A stretch of DNA of 60,371 nt, filler included. It is 7 parts of 7 records of this genome, joined end to end, with 100 filler letters (N's around TTAATTAATTAA, not from the genome) between each part and the next. Parts side by side here need not be neighbours in the genome. Positions count along the whole stretch, not along the records: positions 7,281 to 16,173 come from SRR31156797_15928; positions 16,274 to 29,862 come from SRR31156797_15938; 5 more parts are not named here. One strand, 5' to 3'. The notes beneath the pieces were generated by a model that did not search any database, had not been told where the DNA came from, and saw only the letters and a program-made list of their open reading frames with translations. The position numbers and the translations under genes are program-made. Positions within the stretch are counted from its first letter, which is position 1; each line of letters begins with the position of its first letter. Of the stretch, positions 9,542-20,176 are shown piece after piece.

Positions 9542-10332
9542 TGCAACAACACGGAGACGAAGCCACACTGCAATCGTTCAAAAAGCTATTGGACATCATG
9601 AACGATTTACGCAGCCAATGTCCATGGGACAAAAAACAAACTTTAGAAAGCCTAAGAAACCTCACCATTGAGGAAACCTACGAACTAGCCGACGCTATTA
9701 TTGAAAATGATGGCAACGAGATCAAAAAAGAGCTGGGCGATATACTGCTTCATATTATATTTTACTCGAAAATAGGCGCTGAAAAAGACTGGTTTACCAT
9801 TAAAGAGGTGATGGATAGCTTAAGCGAAAAACTCATTTACAGGCACCCACACATTTATGGCGAAACCGATGCGCAATCGGCCAAAGAAGTGGAGGAAAAC
9901 TGGGAAGCACTGAAGCTTAAAGAAAAAGGCCGAAATAAACGCGTATTGGAAGGTGTTCCTACCTCACTACCGGCATTAGTAAAGGCTAACCGTATACAGC
10001 AAAAAGTGCGTGGCGTAGGCTTCGACTGGACCGAGCGTGAGCAAGTATGGGATAAGGTAAACGAAGAGCTGGCCGAAGTAAAAACTGAAATACGCAACAA
10101 TAGTTCACAAGAAGCGATAGAGGCCGAATTTGGAGATCTGTTTTTCAGTCTCATCAACGCTGCCAGGTTATACGATATTGACCCTGAAACAGCCCTTGAA
10201 CGCACCAATAAGAAGTTTATTAAGCGCTTCAATTACCTTGAGCAACAAACCCTCTTAAAAGGCAAAGACCTACACAAAATGACCCTTGAAGAGATGGATG
10301 TGATATGGGAGGAAGCTAAAAAATTTGACTAG
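9541..10332 (+). CDS. mazG: Nucleoside triphosphate pyrophosphohydrolase MazG
   Basis: LRSQCPWDKKQT, IEETYEL, ELGDILL, RHPHIYG, EFGDLFF. Confidence 0.95.
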   Translation: MQQHGDEATLQSFKKLLDIMNDLRSQCPWDKKQTLESLRNLTIEETYELADAIIENDGNEIKKELGDILLHIIFYSKIGAEKDWFTIKEVMDSLSEKLIYRHPHIYGETDAQSAKEVEENWEALKLKEKGRNKRVLEGVPTSLPALVKANRIQQKVRGVGFDWTEREQVWDKVNEELAEVKTEIRNNSSQEAIEAEFGDLFFSLINAARLYDIDPETALERTNKKFIKRFNYLEQQTLLKGKDLHKMTLEEMDVIWEEAKKFD

Positions 10333-10417
10333 CGTCAAATTTTTGTTTCAGGTTTCAAGTTCAAGGTTAGTTCTAATTAACTTGATTAAAATTATTAGCA
10401 CTTTTCAGACAAACCAT

Positions 10418-10449
10418 AAAAAAACCGCTACGAATTTCGCAGCGGTTTT
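10418..10449. terminator. Intrinsic terminator, probably bidirectional
   Basis: AAAACCGCT-loop-AGCGGTTTT hairpin between convergent genes. Confidence 0.75.
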
Positions 10450-10467
10450 CATTTTCATATCAATTAT

Positions 10468-13400
10468 TTATTTTATAATCAACCTTTTCGTTATAGTTTG
10501 ATTCTGTTGCTTGATTTTTACAAAATAAACACCACTCTGGTCATTTCTTAAATCAATGACTTCATGGCCTACTCCATTGCTTTCATACATCACTTTTCCT
10601 GACAGGTCTAATACTTCAAAACTGTATTTTCCTTCTAACACAATATTGAAAATACCATTAGATGGGTTTGGAAACATATTCACTATTAAACCATAATCAG
10701 AAATACCAACACTCCCCATATCAATATTCATGTATACCGATTCATTTAATACAGATATATAATCGCGATGTATATCAAATCCATCAGCACTTACCGAATA
10801 TAAAATATCTAATTCAGGCGAAACATCGAAAAAGGTAACTTCACCATAAGCATTGGTTTCTAAAATTCCGTAATTATCCAAAGAAACATAAGCGCCTTCA
10901 ATTGGATTATTATCATCATTTACATAAAAAGTAACCTGGTAGGTAGTCGGATTTGCTTCCAACGAAACTGTTTCCATAATATCTACCTGAATATCACTAA
11001 TATAACCTGACTCTTGATAATATCCAAGTGCAAAAACCGAGTAGCTAAATGAAGAACCAGGTAAAACATCTTCATACACAGCAACTCCGGCGCTATTTGT
11101 AATTATAGTTTCATTCCAACCAATGGTAATCTGGGCTCCTTCAATAGGCAAGTTTCCATCATTTACCAAAAATGTGACATCAAAATTGATAGTATCAGCA
11201 ACCAATATGATTTCCTCCACAATATCTTGATCATCAATATTTATATGCCCAGGATTAGAAAAATACCCTTCTGCGTTTGCTGTATATGGCACATTGTAAG
11301 GTGTTGGTATAATCGATCTAAATATGGCAATACCTTCATCATCGGTATACTGAATACCTTCATTATGTAATGAAATTTCTACATTTGAAATAGGATTTAC
11401 ACCATCTGTCACAATAAATGTTGCGTTATAAGTTGATGTGTCAATTGTAACATTTATCAAAGTATCAGCAGCTAAGTCTGTAAAATATCCACTCACCGTT
11501 GAGTAGTCTTCAAAATCAACATTGTAATAATAATCATAATATTGGTCCTGGTTTGAAATAAAAGTAGCTAATCCCTGGTTATCTGTATATTGATCTGCAA
11601 AACCATTTATGCTAATAGCTGCATTTACCAGAGGATTTGTACCATCATTCACATAAAACGAAATCTCATAACTCTCCTTTATAAGTTCTGCATAATAGGT
11701 TGAACCGTATACTACTTCATCAATTGTATCATAAAGGGTTTCATAACCACTTTTAGAAATAGAGAAATTAATTGAAGAACCCTCAGGAATATTAGAAAAA
11801 GAAGCCAGACCATAATATGTTGTTGTTTGACTTCCATATCCTTCAATATTAATTGTGGCATCTGATACATTCATCCCATCCTCATCTTCAACCTGGAAAG
11901 TAATACCTGTTTGAACTTCTCCTGAATACCAAATATCAAGGGCCATTGCTGGTGCAGCATTTATAAAAGTAATATCATCCGCAACAATAACAGACGCATT
12001 TACTGAAACGTATGATTCTGAGGAAATCTTTTGGATATTGTCTGAACAACCTTTGATATTCCATGATTGTAATCGATCAAAGCTATCATACCAGGTACCG
12101 TACATATTTAATGCAACTAAAAATTTTCCACCTTGAAACACATACTCTGATGTACCATCCAATGCAAAAGGAATATAAATAACAGCTCCTGTATCGGCTA
12201 AAGTCAATGTATATTCAGCAGATGAAATAATCTCTGTAAAATCCTCACTTATAGAATCATACTTGTGCACTGATGCTACAACTTTTGCTTCTTCATTGTA
12301 AAATAACTCCAATTCCGGACCATTATTAAGTGATAAATAAAAACTTGCTCCATTTAACCGATAATAGTCGCTATAATCATCACCATGTAAAGAAGGATCC
12401 GGGAGATTAAAAACAAAACCTAATCCATCTCCATTTTCATCAAATGAACTCCAATTATCCGGAGACATATTTTCATTTACTTTATCAAAATCAACTGTTG
12501 AAATGTGACTATCACCAATTTTAAAATCCCGGCTCAATGTATCATCTAAGTTAGTATCATTATCCACATTACTTTCTAAATAATGTTTTATTACATAGTC
12601 ACCTTGAGTAGTTGGTAACCAGGTTTGGGCAAACATTGTAGTATCACTAACACCTGGTAGTACTTCAGTTACTGGTTCTGAAATAAAACTTTTATATAGC
12701 TGACCATTTTTTATTACTTCAACATTGTGAACTACTTCATTTTGGGTATTATAGCCAAAATTACTGTATGCAGCATGAAAGCCTCTAAAATGTTGAATTG
12801 TAAACCATGGATACTCGTAATAACCTTCTGAAAAATCACCTGCGTCAGCAAAGGGTAAACCGTTTGATCCATCTCTAAAAGTCACATAATCATTCCAATA
12901 GTCATTCAATTTAAGGTTGTTGGCTTCCGGAACAACGAATGCTACATCATCAACCAGCCAATAATAGTGTGTTAACCCCATTAAATGAAAGCGAAACCAT
13001 ACATTCGACTGTCCTACAACATCCTGAGAAACATCAAATTCCGCAATATAAGCTGTCTCTCCATTTCCAATTGCATCATTAATTTCAGATATTGATACAG
13101 AATATTTTTGCCATGTCGTACCATTATCTGTAGATATCATAAACCAAGCATCTGCAGTAGCAGAATAACCACAGCAAAAGCGATTCATTTGTTCGAAAGT
13201 TATATGTACACCGGGGTATTCAGAAAAATCAATTCCGGCATTGTATTCAATGTAAGAATCCATTCCATTAGTATAATATTCTGAACAGTCACTACTGGAA
13301 TTATAATAATCGGGTTCAATCATTAAATATCCATTATTTCCTGTAGTACTATTCATTGCACTGTATGGTACCTGACATTCATTGTTAGGAGATGTAAAAA

Positions 13401-13707
13401 TCCCCCTTGGTCCCACATCATCCCATCTAAAGTAATAACCATTTCCGGAAAGATCTCCTAGCTCAAATCCTTCAGGCGCATTTGCCGGAACTGCCACTCC
13501 ATTGTTTGAAGTAGCAGCCCAATCTGCACCATCAAAATCTTCTGACCATATTATATCACCTGGTGCTCTTCGCTCCAATTGATTGGGTCTTTTAGATACT
13601 TCTTTTTTTTGAAATTCTAAATTGTATTTTACTGGCGCAAAATTTTCTTGTGCCATACTAATCGTAAGCGTCCATAAAAGTATAAGGACAGTAAATAAAA
13701 TTCTCAT
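10468..13707 (-). CDS. T9SS-secreted surface protein: N-terminal beta-sandwich/adhesin-like region, five carboxypeptidase-regulatory-like repeats, CTD
   Basis: Signal peptide; five xTFxVxDxxNPIxxAxI repeats; C-terminal FPNPSNG...GVYFVKI...TKRLIIK sorting domain. Confidence 0.85.
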   Translation of the reverse strand: MRILFTVLILLWTLTISMAQENFAPVKYNLEFQKKEVSKRPNQLERRAPGDIIWSEDFDGADWAATSNNGVAVPANAPEGFELGDLSGNGYYFRWDDVGPRGIFTSPNNECQVPYSAMNSTTGNNGYLMIEPDYYNSSSDCSEYYTNGMDSYIEYNAGIDFSEYPGVHITFEQMNRFCCGYSATADAWFMISTDNGTTWQKYSVSISEINDAIGNGETAYIAEFDVSQDVVGQSNVWFRFHLMGLTHYYWLVDDVAFVVPEANNLKLNDYWNDYVTFRDGSNGLPFADAGDFSEGYYEYPWFTIQHFRGFHAAYSNFGYNTQNEVVHNVEVIKNGQLYKSFISEPVTEVLPGVSDTTMFAQTWLPTTQGDYVIKHYLESNVDNDTNLDDTLSRDFKIGDSHISTVDFDKVNENMSPDNWSSFDENGDGLGFVFNLPDPSLHGDDYSDYYRLNGASFYLSLNNGPELELFYNEEAKVVASVHKYDSISEDFTEIISSAEYTLTLADTGAVIYIPFALDGTSEYVFQGGKFLVALNMYGTWYDSFDRLQSWNIKGCSDNIQKISSESYVSVNASVIVADDITFINAAPAMALDIWYSGEVQTGITFQVEDEDGMNVSDATINIEGYGSQTTTYYGLASFSNIPEGSSINFSISKSGYETLYDTIDEVVYGSTYYAELIKESYEISFYVNDGTNPLVNAAISINGFADQYTDNQGLATFISNQDQYYDYYYNVDFEDYSTVSGYFTDLAADTLINVTIDTSTYNATFIVTDGVNPISNVEISLHNEGIQYTDDEGIAIFRSIIPTPYNVPYTANAEGYFSNPGHINIDDQDIVEEIILVADTINFDVTFLVNDGNLPIEGAQITIGWNETIITNSAGVAVYEDVLPGSSFSYSVFALGYYQESGYISDIQVDIMETVSLEANPTTYQVTFYVNDDNNPIEGAYVSLDNYGILETNAYGEVTFFDVSPELDILYSVSADGFDIHRDYISVLNESVYMNIDMGSVGISDYGLIVNMFPNPSNGIFNIVLEGKYSFEVLDLSGKVMYESNGVGHEVIDLRNDQSGVYFVKIKQQNQTITKRLIIK

Positions 13708-13886
13708 AGTTTGTTATTTAAGGTAAAAACTCAATAGCTGCAAATAAATATTGTTAAATCATTTAGATCACGCGGCAAAAATAATATTATTAATGAATAA
13801 TTGATAAATCCCAACATTAACAATTCCTAATAAACTGTTAATATTGAGATTTATTCACCATAATTTTTGTAACGCTACTTAAAATA

Positions 13887-16173
13887 TTAGTTAACTATAA
13901 TGGTTTTAGTTACCTCCTGAGTATTATTCATTGCTTTCACTAAATAAACACCTCTGGTCTTGTTGCGTAAATCAACAGTCTCTCTACTAGCTACTTTAGA
14001 CTCAAACACAACCTTTCCTGACATATCCAGGATTTGCACATTAAATGTACCTTCACATGCAATATTAAAAATACCGTTGGAAGGGTTAGGGTAAATGGAA
14101 ATATCTGAAATACTGGCGTTTTGAATTCCTAAAGGATTCATGGTTACTTCAATACTTAGATTACTGTTTATAACAAATGAGTTAGATCCAACTACATTGC
14201 TAAAATCTTCATGCGATACTGAATAATTAAAATCAAAACTTTCGTTTTCCGATACTTTAAAACCGAACATACCATTCATATTCGTGTATCCACTTGCTAT
14301 TGTTACAGCAGTATTAATTGGATTCGTTAATTCTATGAATGCATTTTCAATATAATTTCCTTCTTCAGTTCTAACATAAAAATTTATGTAAGGTGAATTA
14401 GGAATTGGCTCAGCAACACTAATATCTAAAGCCATTGCCGGTCCCTCTCCAACCCATCCAATATCAGAGCTAGATGAAATTGAAGCATTAACTGTCAAAC
14501 AACTCTCTTTTGATCTCTTTTGAACTGAATTATCAGCATTCCTAATATCCCAGCTTTGTAAAGCTCCAAAAGTATTTACAAAGGTTCCATACATATTTAA
14601 AGTCACAATATATTGCCCGCCTTCAAAAAGGTACTCTGATGTACCATCTTTCGCAAATTCCAAAAATACCACACTCATGGTATCAGATATATCAAAAGTA
14701 TACTCTGCTGAAGATATGTGTTCAGTATAAGTATCATTTTCTTCATCGTACTTATATAAGCCAGCTACAGCTTTAGCTTCTTCATTTTCAAATAAGGCCA
14801 ATTGATCGGGATCATAATTATTTCTATCAATAAATATGTGTACTCCATTTAATTCATAAAACTCAAATTCACCCCCAAATAAAGTAGGTTCCGGAATATT
14901 AATCATGAAACCTAATCCATCTCCATCTTCATCAAATGATGTCCAGTTATCCGGTGATATATGGTCATTCGTTTTATCAAAATCTGCAACTTTTACTAAA
15001 TTTTCGCCTATTTTGAAATAACGTATTAACGTATCATTGGATGGAACATCATCGATATTATCTGTACTTGGGTAGTGCAAAAATGTATAATTCCCAAGTT
15101 CATTGTTAGTTGCATATATTACTGGATTATAGGATTGTTGAATCATAGTTGTATCAACATATGCGATTGGTACATTTGTCACAGGGTCACTTTCAAAGGA
15201 TGTAAGCAAACTACCATCTTTCCAGATTTCTACATTGTGAATCAGGTTTGTTTGTGGTTGGCCTCCAAAATTGATATACGCCGCATGAAAGCCTCTGTAT
15301 GCCTGACTCAAAAACCATGGATACTCATAAAACCCTTCGGTAAAATCATAACTTGTCTGAATGGTAGTATTATCGTCTGAGCCATCCATATATGTGATAT
15401 AATCATTCCAGTAATCCAAAAACTGAATATCGTTGGCTTCAGGTTCAAAAATGGTTACATCATCAATAATCCAATAATAATGGGTTAGCCCTTCCATATG
15501 AAAACGGAACCATACATTGGAATGTCCAGCAACCATATTCGTGATATCAAATTCAGTAAATTCCGCTGGTTGACCCAAACGACCTAAGCCAGATCCTAAT
15601 GGCGCATAGTGTACACTCAACTGTTCCCATGTAGTTCCATTGTCGGTACTTATGCTAAACCATAAATCACTGTTTTCATTGAAACCACAACAAAGTCGAT
15701 TAACTTGCTCAAATAACAAATGAACTGCATCTACATTTGTAAAATCGAGACCTCCTTCATATTGCAAATATGTGTCCATTCCAACTGTATAGTACTCAGA
15801 GCAATCGGCGGCTGAATTAAACCAATCTGCTTCAATCATCATGAAACCATTTTGCCCGGTTGTCGATAGCATAGGCTCATTGGGAAGAGTACAATCTCCT
15901 GATGAACCTTCAGGATTCGTAAAAATACCGCGTGGTCCTATGGTATCCCATCGCCAGCAAAAATTAGTATCATTTAAATCGATAATGACCCAATCGCCGG
16001 GAGCATTCTCCGGTGCCGGTTCTCCATTATCAGATGTGGCAGCCCATTCAGCTCCATCAAAATCTTCGGAGAAGATGACATCCCCCGGAGCTTTTGCTTT
16101 TATTCCTGAATGAATTGTTTTACCGGGTTTTGCAAAATCAGGATTTCGTTTCACAGGCTCAAAGCCTTTTTGG
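13887..16173 (-). CDS. T9SS-secreted protein, paralog of 10468-13707 (5'-truncated)
   Basis: Shares GDVIFSEDFDGAEWAATS, NRLCCG, WFRFHMEGLTHYYW and SPDNWTSFDEDGDGLGF; CTD YPNPSNG...TKTIIVN. Confidence 0.85.
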
Positions 16174-16273
16174 NNNNNNNNNNNNNNNNNNNNNNNNNNN
16201 NNNNNNNNNNNNNNNNNTTAATTAATTAANNNNNNNNNNNNNNNNNNNNNNNNNNNNNNNNNNNNNNNNNNNN

Positions 16274-16709
16274 CCTTTCCATGGACACGAACGCGGTACC
16301 GGCGCGTCCAACCGGTCGAGGGCATTTCCAAACTCCGGGCCATCTCGCCGTCGTTGGTCAGCAACAGCAATCCTTCCGAATTGAAATCCAGCCGCCCGAC
16401 CGAAATCACCCGGCCGATCGAAGCCGGCAGATTCTCGAAAACCGTCGGCCTCCCCCGCGGATCGCTGTGGCTCGTCAACATTCCCGGCGGTTTGTGATAT
16501 CGCCACATCCGTGGCGGTGCAGCCTCAGGCAATGGATTGCCGTCGACGATGATCTTGTCGGCAGGCGTTACCGTAATCGCGGGCGACGAAAGCTCCTTCC
16601 CGTTAACGACCACGCGGCCGTCTTCAATCCAGCGCTCTGCCTCGCGCCGGGAGCACAGTCCCGCCCGTGCCAAAACCTTGGCGATTCTCTCCGGCTTTAA
16701 TGTCGTCAT
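16274..16709 (-). CDS. rluB: Pseudouridine synthase, RluB/RsuA family (3'-truncated)
   Basis: S4 domain RIAKVLARAGLCSRREAE; YHKP; GRLDFNSEGLLLLTNDG. Confidence 0.9.
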
Positions 16710-16717
16710 ATTGGGCC

Positions 16718-17437
16718 TCAACCCTCGGCTCGAGCCGCAGCAATGAACGCCTCGAACAGCTTCAGGTCGCCTTCGCTGATGGCGAACTCCGGATGCCACT
16801 GAACGCCGATGCAGAACCGTTTGGACGGCACCTCTATTCCCTCAATCACGCCATCAGGGGCGACTGCGTTGACGACAACCCCGGCTGGTTCGTCCCGCGC
16901 CGCCTGATGATGGGCGCTGTTGACCGGCAGGGTATCGGCACCAACAATCTCATGTAGCCGGCTTCCTTTGCGGACGGCAACCTCGTGCCCGGCTTCGTTG
17001 CGCGGGTTCGACTGTTCGTGGGCAAGTGGGTTTTCGATCTCGTCCGGAATATGCTGGATCAAGGATCCACCCAGGGCGACATGTAAAAGCTGCTGTCCAC
17101 CGCAGATTCCGAGAACCGCCATGTCACGCTCAAGCGCGCCATTGACGATGCTCAATTCAAAATCGGTACGACGATCCTTGGTTTTGACGGTTTCGTGGGT
17201 TTCGGCTGCCCCGAAAAGCCTCGGATCCACATCGAAATTGCCGCCGGTAACGATCAGGCCGCCAATACAGTCCAGATAATCTTCGGACAACTGGCTTTCA
17301 TGCGGCAGCAATACGGGCAGGCCTCCGGCCCGGACAACGGCGCCGCAATAGTTCTCGCGCGCCGCATACCACGGAAACTTCGAATATCCACCCGGATCTT
17401 CGGAATCCAGGCTGATGCCTATGACCGGCTTTTTCAT
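16718..17437 (-). CDS. Gamma-glutamyl-gamma-aminobutyrate hydrolase family (peptidase C26)
   Basis: GLIVTGG, LGICGGQQ, VNSAHHQA, GVQWHPE. Confidence 0.9.
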   Translation of the reverse strand: MKKPVIGISLDSEDPGGYSKFPWYAARENYCGAVVRAGGLPVLLPHESQLSEDYLDCIGGLIVTGGNFDVDPRLFGAAETHETVKTKDRRTDFELSIVNGALERDMAVLGICGGQQLLHVALGGSLIQHIPDEIENPLAHEQSNPRNEAGHEVAVRKGSRLHEIVGADTLPVNSAHHQAARDEPAGVVVNAVAPDGVIEGIEVPSKRFCIGVQWHPEFAISEGDLKLFEAFIAAARAEG

Positions 17438-17517
17438 GGCCCGCACTCTAAGGTTCAAGGGGCTCCGGGACAAGCGGATCCCTTGACCACGAAGTCCATT
17501 CGTTTCAAATTGCGGCC

Positions 17518-17970
17518 ATGGATAAGCCTTCTTACATGGATCATGCCCTGAAACAGGCACAGGCGGCCGGGATGCGTGGCGAAATCCCGGTCGGAGCAAT
17601 CCTTGTCGACGCCGCATCTGGGGCCATTATCGCGGCGGCAGGTAATCGTGTTGAAGAACTCGGCGATCCGACGGCCCATGCCGAAATCGTCGTTTTGCAG
17701 GAAGGTGCGCGTCGATACGGACGGCCCAGGATTGAAGCCTGCGATCTTTACGTAACGCTTGAACCCTGCCCCATGTGCGCCGCCGCCATATCCTTGGCGC
17801 GCATTCGCCGCCTTTATTTCGGCGCCTATGATCCGAAAAGCGGCGGTGTCGATCACGGCCCCCGGGTTTTCCAGCAATCGACCTGCCACCACAAACCCGA
17901 AGTCGTCGGGGGTATCGAAGAGTCGCGTTGTTCCGAAATCCTGCGCGCGTTTTTCCGCGAACTTCGCTGA
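17518..17970 (+). CDS. tadA: tRNA adenosine deaminase
   Basis: GEIPVGA, DPTAHAE, TLEPCPMC. Confidence 0.9.
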   Translation: MDKPSYMDHALKQAQAAGMRGEIPVGAILVDAASGAIIAAAGNRVEELGDPTAHAEIVVLQEGARRYGRPRIEACDLYVTLEPCPMCAAAISLARIRRLYFGAYDPKSGGVDHGPRVFQQSTCHHKPEVVGGIEESRCSEILRAFFRELR

Positions 17971-18142
17971 AATGCACAAGCATCACAATTCCGTGTAATT
18001 CCTTAAACACAGTACATCTCGGGCCATTTCTTCTGACACCGCCCGTGGTGATGGCGGATTTCGCCTAGCGGATTTTGATTAATCACGATTGATTGGCCTC
18101 ACGGGGCCGATATCAATCGCATATTTTTGATCGAACCAGTCC

Positions 18143-19057
18143 ATGAAATACTCGAGGAAATTTTTAGGCTTAACTTGCTTCGTTGCGGCCCTTATATCGG
18201 TTCTTGCATCGTTGCGTGCCGATGAAGGTCTTCGATATCGGGTCGAAGCTAACCCCAATCTACCGGAAACCGTTACCGAATTTGGCACCGAACCCGGCAT
18301 GCTGCCCGATGGGGAAATCGTCCAGGGCGATCAGGATATAGCCTTGGCTTGGCTGACCGAGCCGACAGAACGTTACCGTCACGGTATTCTTGGCGATGCC
18401 ATCGAAGCCTCGGGCCTTGCGGTTGAAATGCGGGACGGAAGCCGATTGGAATACAAACTCGACCCGCATTCGGTGTTCGAGGATCGATACCCGCGCCTCC
18501 ATGATCTCGATGGCGACGGCGATTCGGAAATCATTGTCGTGCGCAGCTACCTTGACCGCGGTGCCGCACTGGCAATCGCGGATATTGTCGATGGCCGGCT
18601 TCAGATCATTGCCGAAACACCGGCAATCGGCACCCCAAACCGTTGGCTGAACCCCATCGGCACCGCCGATTTCGACGGTGACGGATTTACCGAAATCGCT
18701 CTTGTCAGAACGCCGCATATCGGCGGTACATTAATCCTATACCGATGGAAAAACGGTCGCCTTGAAGAAGCGTTCCGGACGCATGGCTTTTCGAACCACG
18801 CCATCGGATCGCGCGAAATGGGCCTGTCGGCCATCCTCGATGTAAATGGCGACGCCATATCCGATATCGCGCTTCCCGACGGATCGCGAAACGCTCTTCG
18901 CATGGTGACATTCGCAAACGGTCGGTTCCGGGATCTGGTCTCGATCCCGAATCCTTCCCGCATCACGTCACGAATATCAGTCGAAACGACACCCGAAACA
19001 TGGCGGATCGTCTACGGTCTTGAAGACGGCACCGGCATCGCGATCACGTCGAAATAA
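18143..19057 (+). CDS. Secreted FG-GAP/VCBS repeat protein
   Basis: Signal peptide; DLDGDGDSE, DFDGDGFTE and DVNGDAISD repeats; RYRHGILGDAIEA; TPHIGG. Confidence 0.8.
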   Translation: MKYSRKFLGLTCFVAALISVLASLRADEGLRYRVEANPNLPETVTEFGTEPGMLPDGEIVQGDQDIALAWLTEPTERYRHGILGDAIEASGLAVEMRDGSRLEYKLDPHSVFEDRYPRLHDLDGDGDSEIIVVRSYLDRGAALAIADIVDGRLQIIAETPAIGTPNRWLNPIGTADFDGDGFTEIALVRTPHIGGTLILYRWKNGRLEEAFRTHGFSNHAIGSREMGLSAILDVNGDAISDIALPDGSRNALRMVTFANGRFRDLVSIPNPSRITSRISVETTPETWRIVYGLEDGTGIAITSK

Positions 19058-19080
19058 GGAACCTGCGCCGCACGAGCGTT

Positions 19081-19398
19081 TCAGTTGTGGCCGCTGATTT
19101 CGGCGTGTTGCGGTTTGGTTTCCTCGAACAGACGCTTTTGATCGTCGCTCGCCTCTTTCTGATATTTATCCCGCCATTCGTCATAGGGCATGCCATAGAC
19201 GATTTCGCGAGCCTGATCGTAGGTTATGTCCAGGCCCCGATCTTCGGCCGCCGCCCGATACCATTTTGACAGGCAGTTGCGGCAGAACCCGGCCAGGTTC
19301 ATCAGATCGATGTTCTGAACATCGGACCGTTTGCGCAAATGCGCGACCAGTCCGCGAAATGCCGCAGCCTCAAGCTCCAACCGTGTCTGATCGTCCAT
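19081..19398 (-). CDS. DUF1244 protein
   Basis: ELEAAAFR...DVQNIDLMNLAGFCRNCL...YGMPYDEW. Confidence 0.9.
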   Translation of the reverse strand: MDDQTRLELEAAAFRGLVAHLRKRSDVQNIDLMNLAGFCRNCLSKWYRAAAEDRGLDITYDQAREIVYGMPYDEWRDKYQKEASDDQKRLFEETKPQHAEISGHN

Positions 19399-19517
19399 TC
19401 ATCCCTCCTCGGTACCGAAATATGGTGCGATTACCATCCATATTAGGATGCCGATCGTCTCGGAAAAGGGATGACGCAGATTTGTCCGCGCAAAGACGAA
19501 CCAACTCTGGAATCAGA

Positions 19518-20093
19518 TTATTTGTACGGAAAACCCGCAAATTCCGCTTTCGGCGTAATCGGATAGGTCGTGAAGATCGGCGTACCCTTTCGCCCAAGCT
19601 TCAGGTCTTTGAGTTTCCATTCCTTGCCGTACGACCTGTACATGCACTCCAACTCGGCACCCACTTCGTTCTCGGGAAGGTTGACCGAGAAAGTCAGCCC
19701 GAGGAAAGGTACCGCTGGAAACTTTGTCTCCTTCACCGAGACCTTCAATTTTTTTTCGTTTCTTTTGACATAGTCGGCTGTAATGAGGTTGACGAATTGA
19801 TCGTCGCGAACCTTGGGTTCCAACCAGATGTTTCTGATGGCAAGAACATCATCATTGTTCATTTCCATCTCAAGTGCCGCTTTGGTCGGTTTCCCATTGT
19901 AAAAATCAGCGACGGCCTGCTTGCACGTCTCAATCGCTTCTGTTCGATCGGGATAAGGCGGGAATTCATCCGCCCGTGCATCTCCAGCCGAGCCGAATGT
20001 CGCAGTGAGGAAAAAAACCGCCGCACCGATTGCGCCCTTAATGATCGTTGTTTGGCGGCGCACCGCCCCGGCTTCTTGCCATGGATTTTTCAT
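19518..20093 (-). CDS. Hypothetical exported protein
   Basis: RR-containing N-terminus plus hydrophobic segment ending ARA; no recognised domain. Confidence 0.55.
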   Translation of the reverse strand: MKNPWQEAGAVRRQTTIIKGAIGAAVFFLTATFGSAGDARADEFPPYPDRTEAIETCKQAVADFYNGKPTKAALEMEMNNDDVLAIRNIWLEPKVRDDQFVNLITADYVKRNEKKLKVSVKETKFPAVPFLGLTFSVNLPENEVGAELECMYRSYGKEWKLKDLKLGRKGTPIFTTYPITPKAEFAGFPYK

Positions 20094-20176
20094 GGTTACG
20101 TTTCCCCAGTTTGGATCAAAACTTTAAATTCGAGACACGTTCTACTTCATCGTCCGGATCACAAGACCGTTAAAGC

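Noticed and set aside
8445-10332. SAM hydrolase + MazG as a possible anti-phage nucleotide-depletion module
   Set aside because: phoH / DUF62 / ABM / mazG looks like an ordinary Bacteroidota housekeeping neighbourhood, and MazG is the canonical two-domain form.
10468-16173. Paralog similarity as a possible DGR template/variable repeat pair
   Set aside because: Similarity spans whole coding domains with general divergence, not adenine-specific changes; no reverse transcriptase is present.
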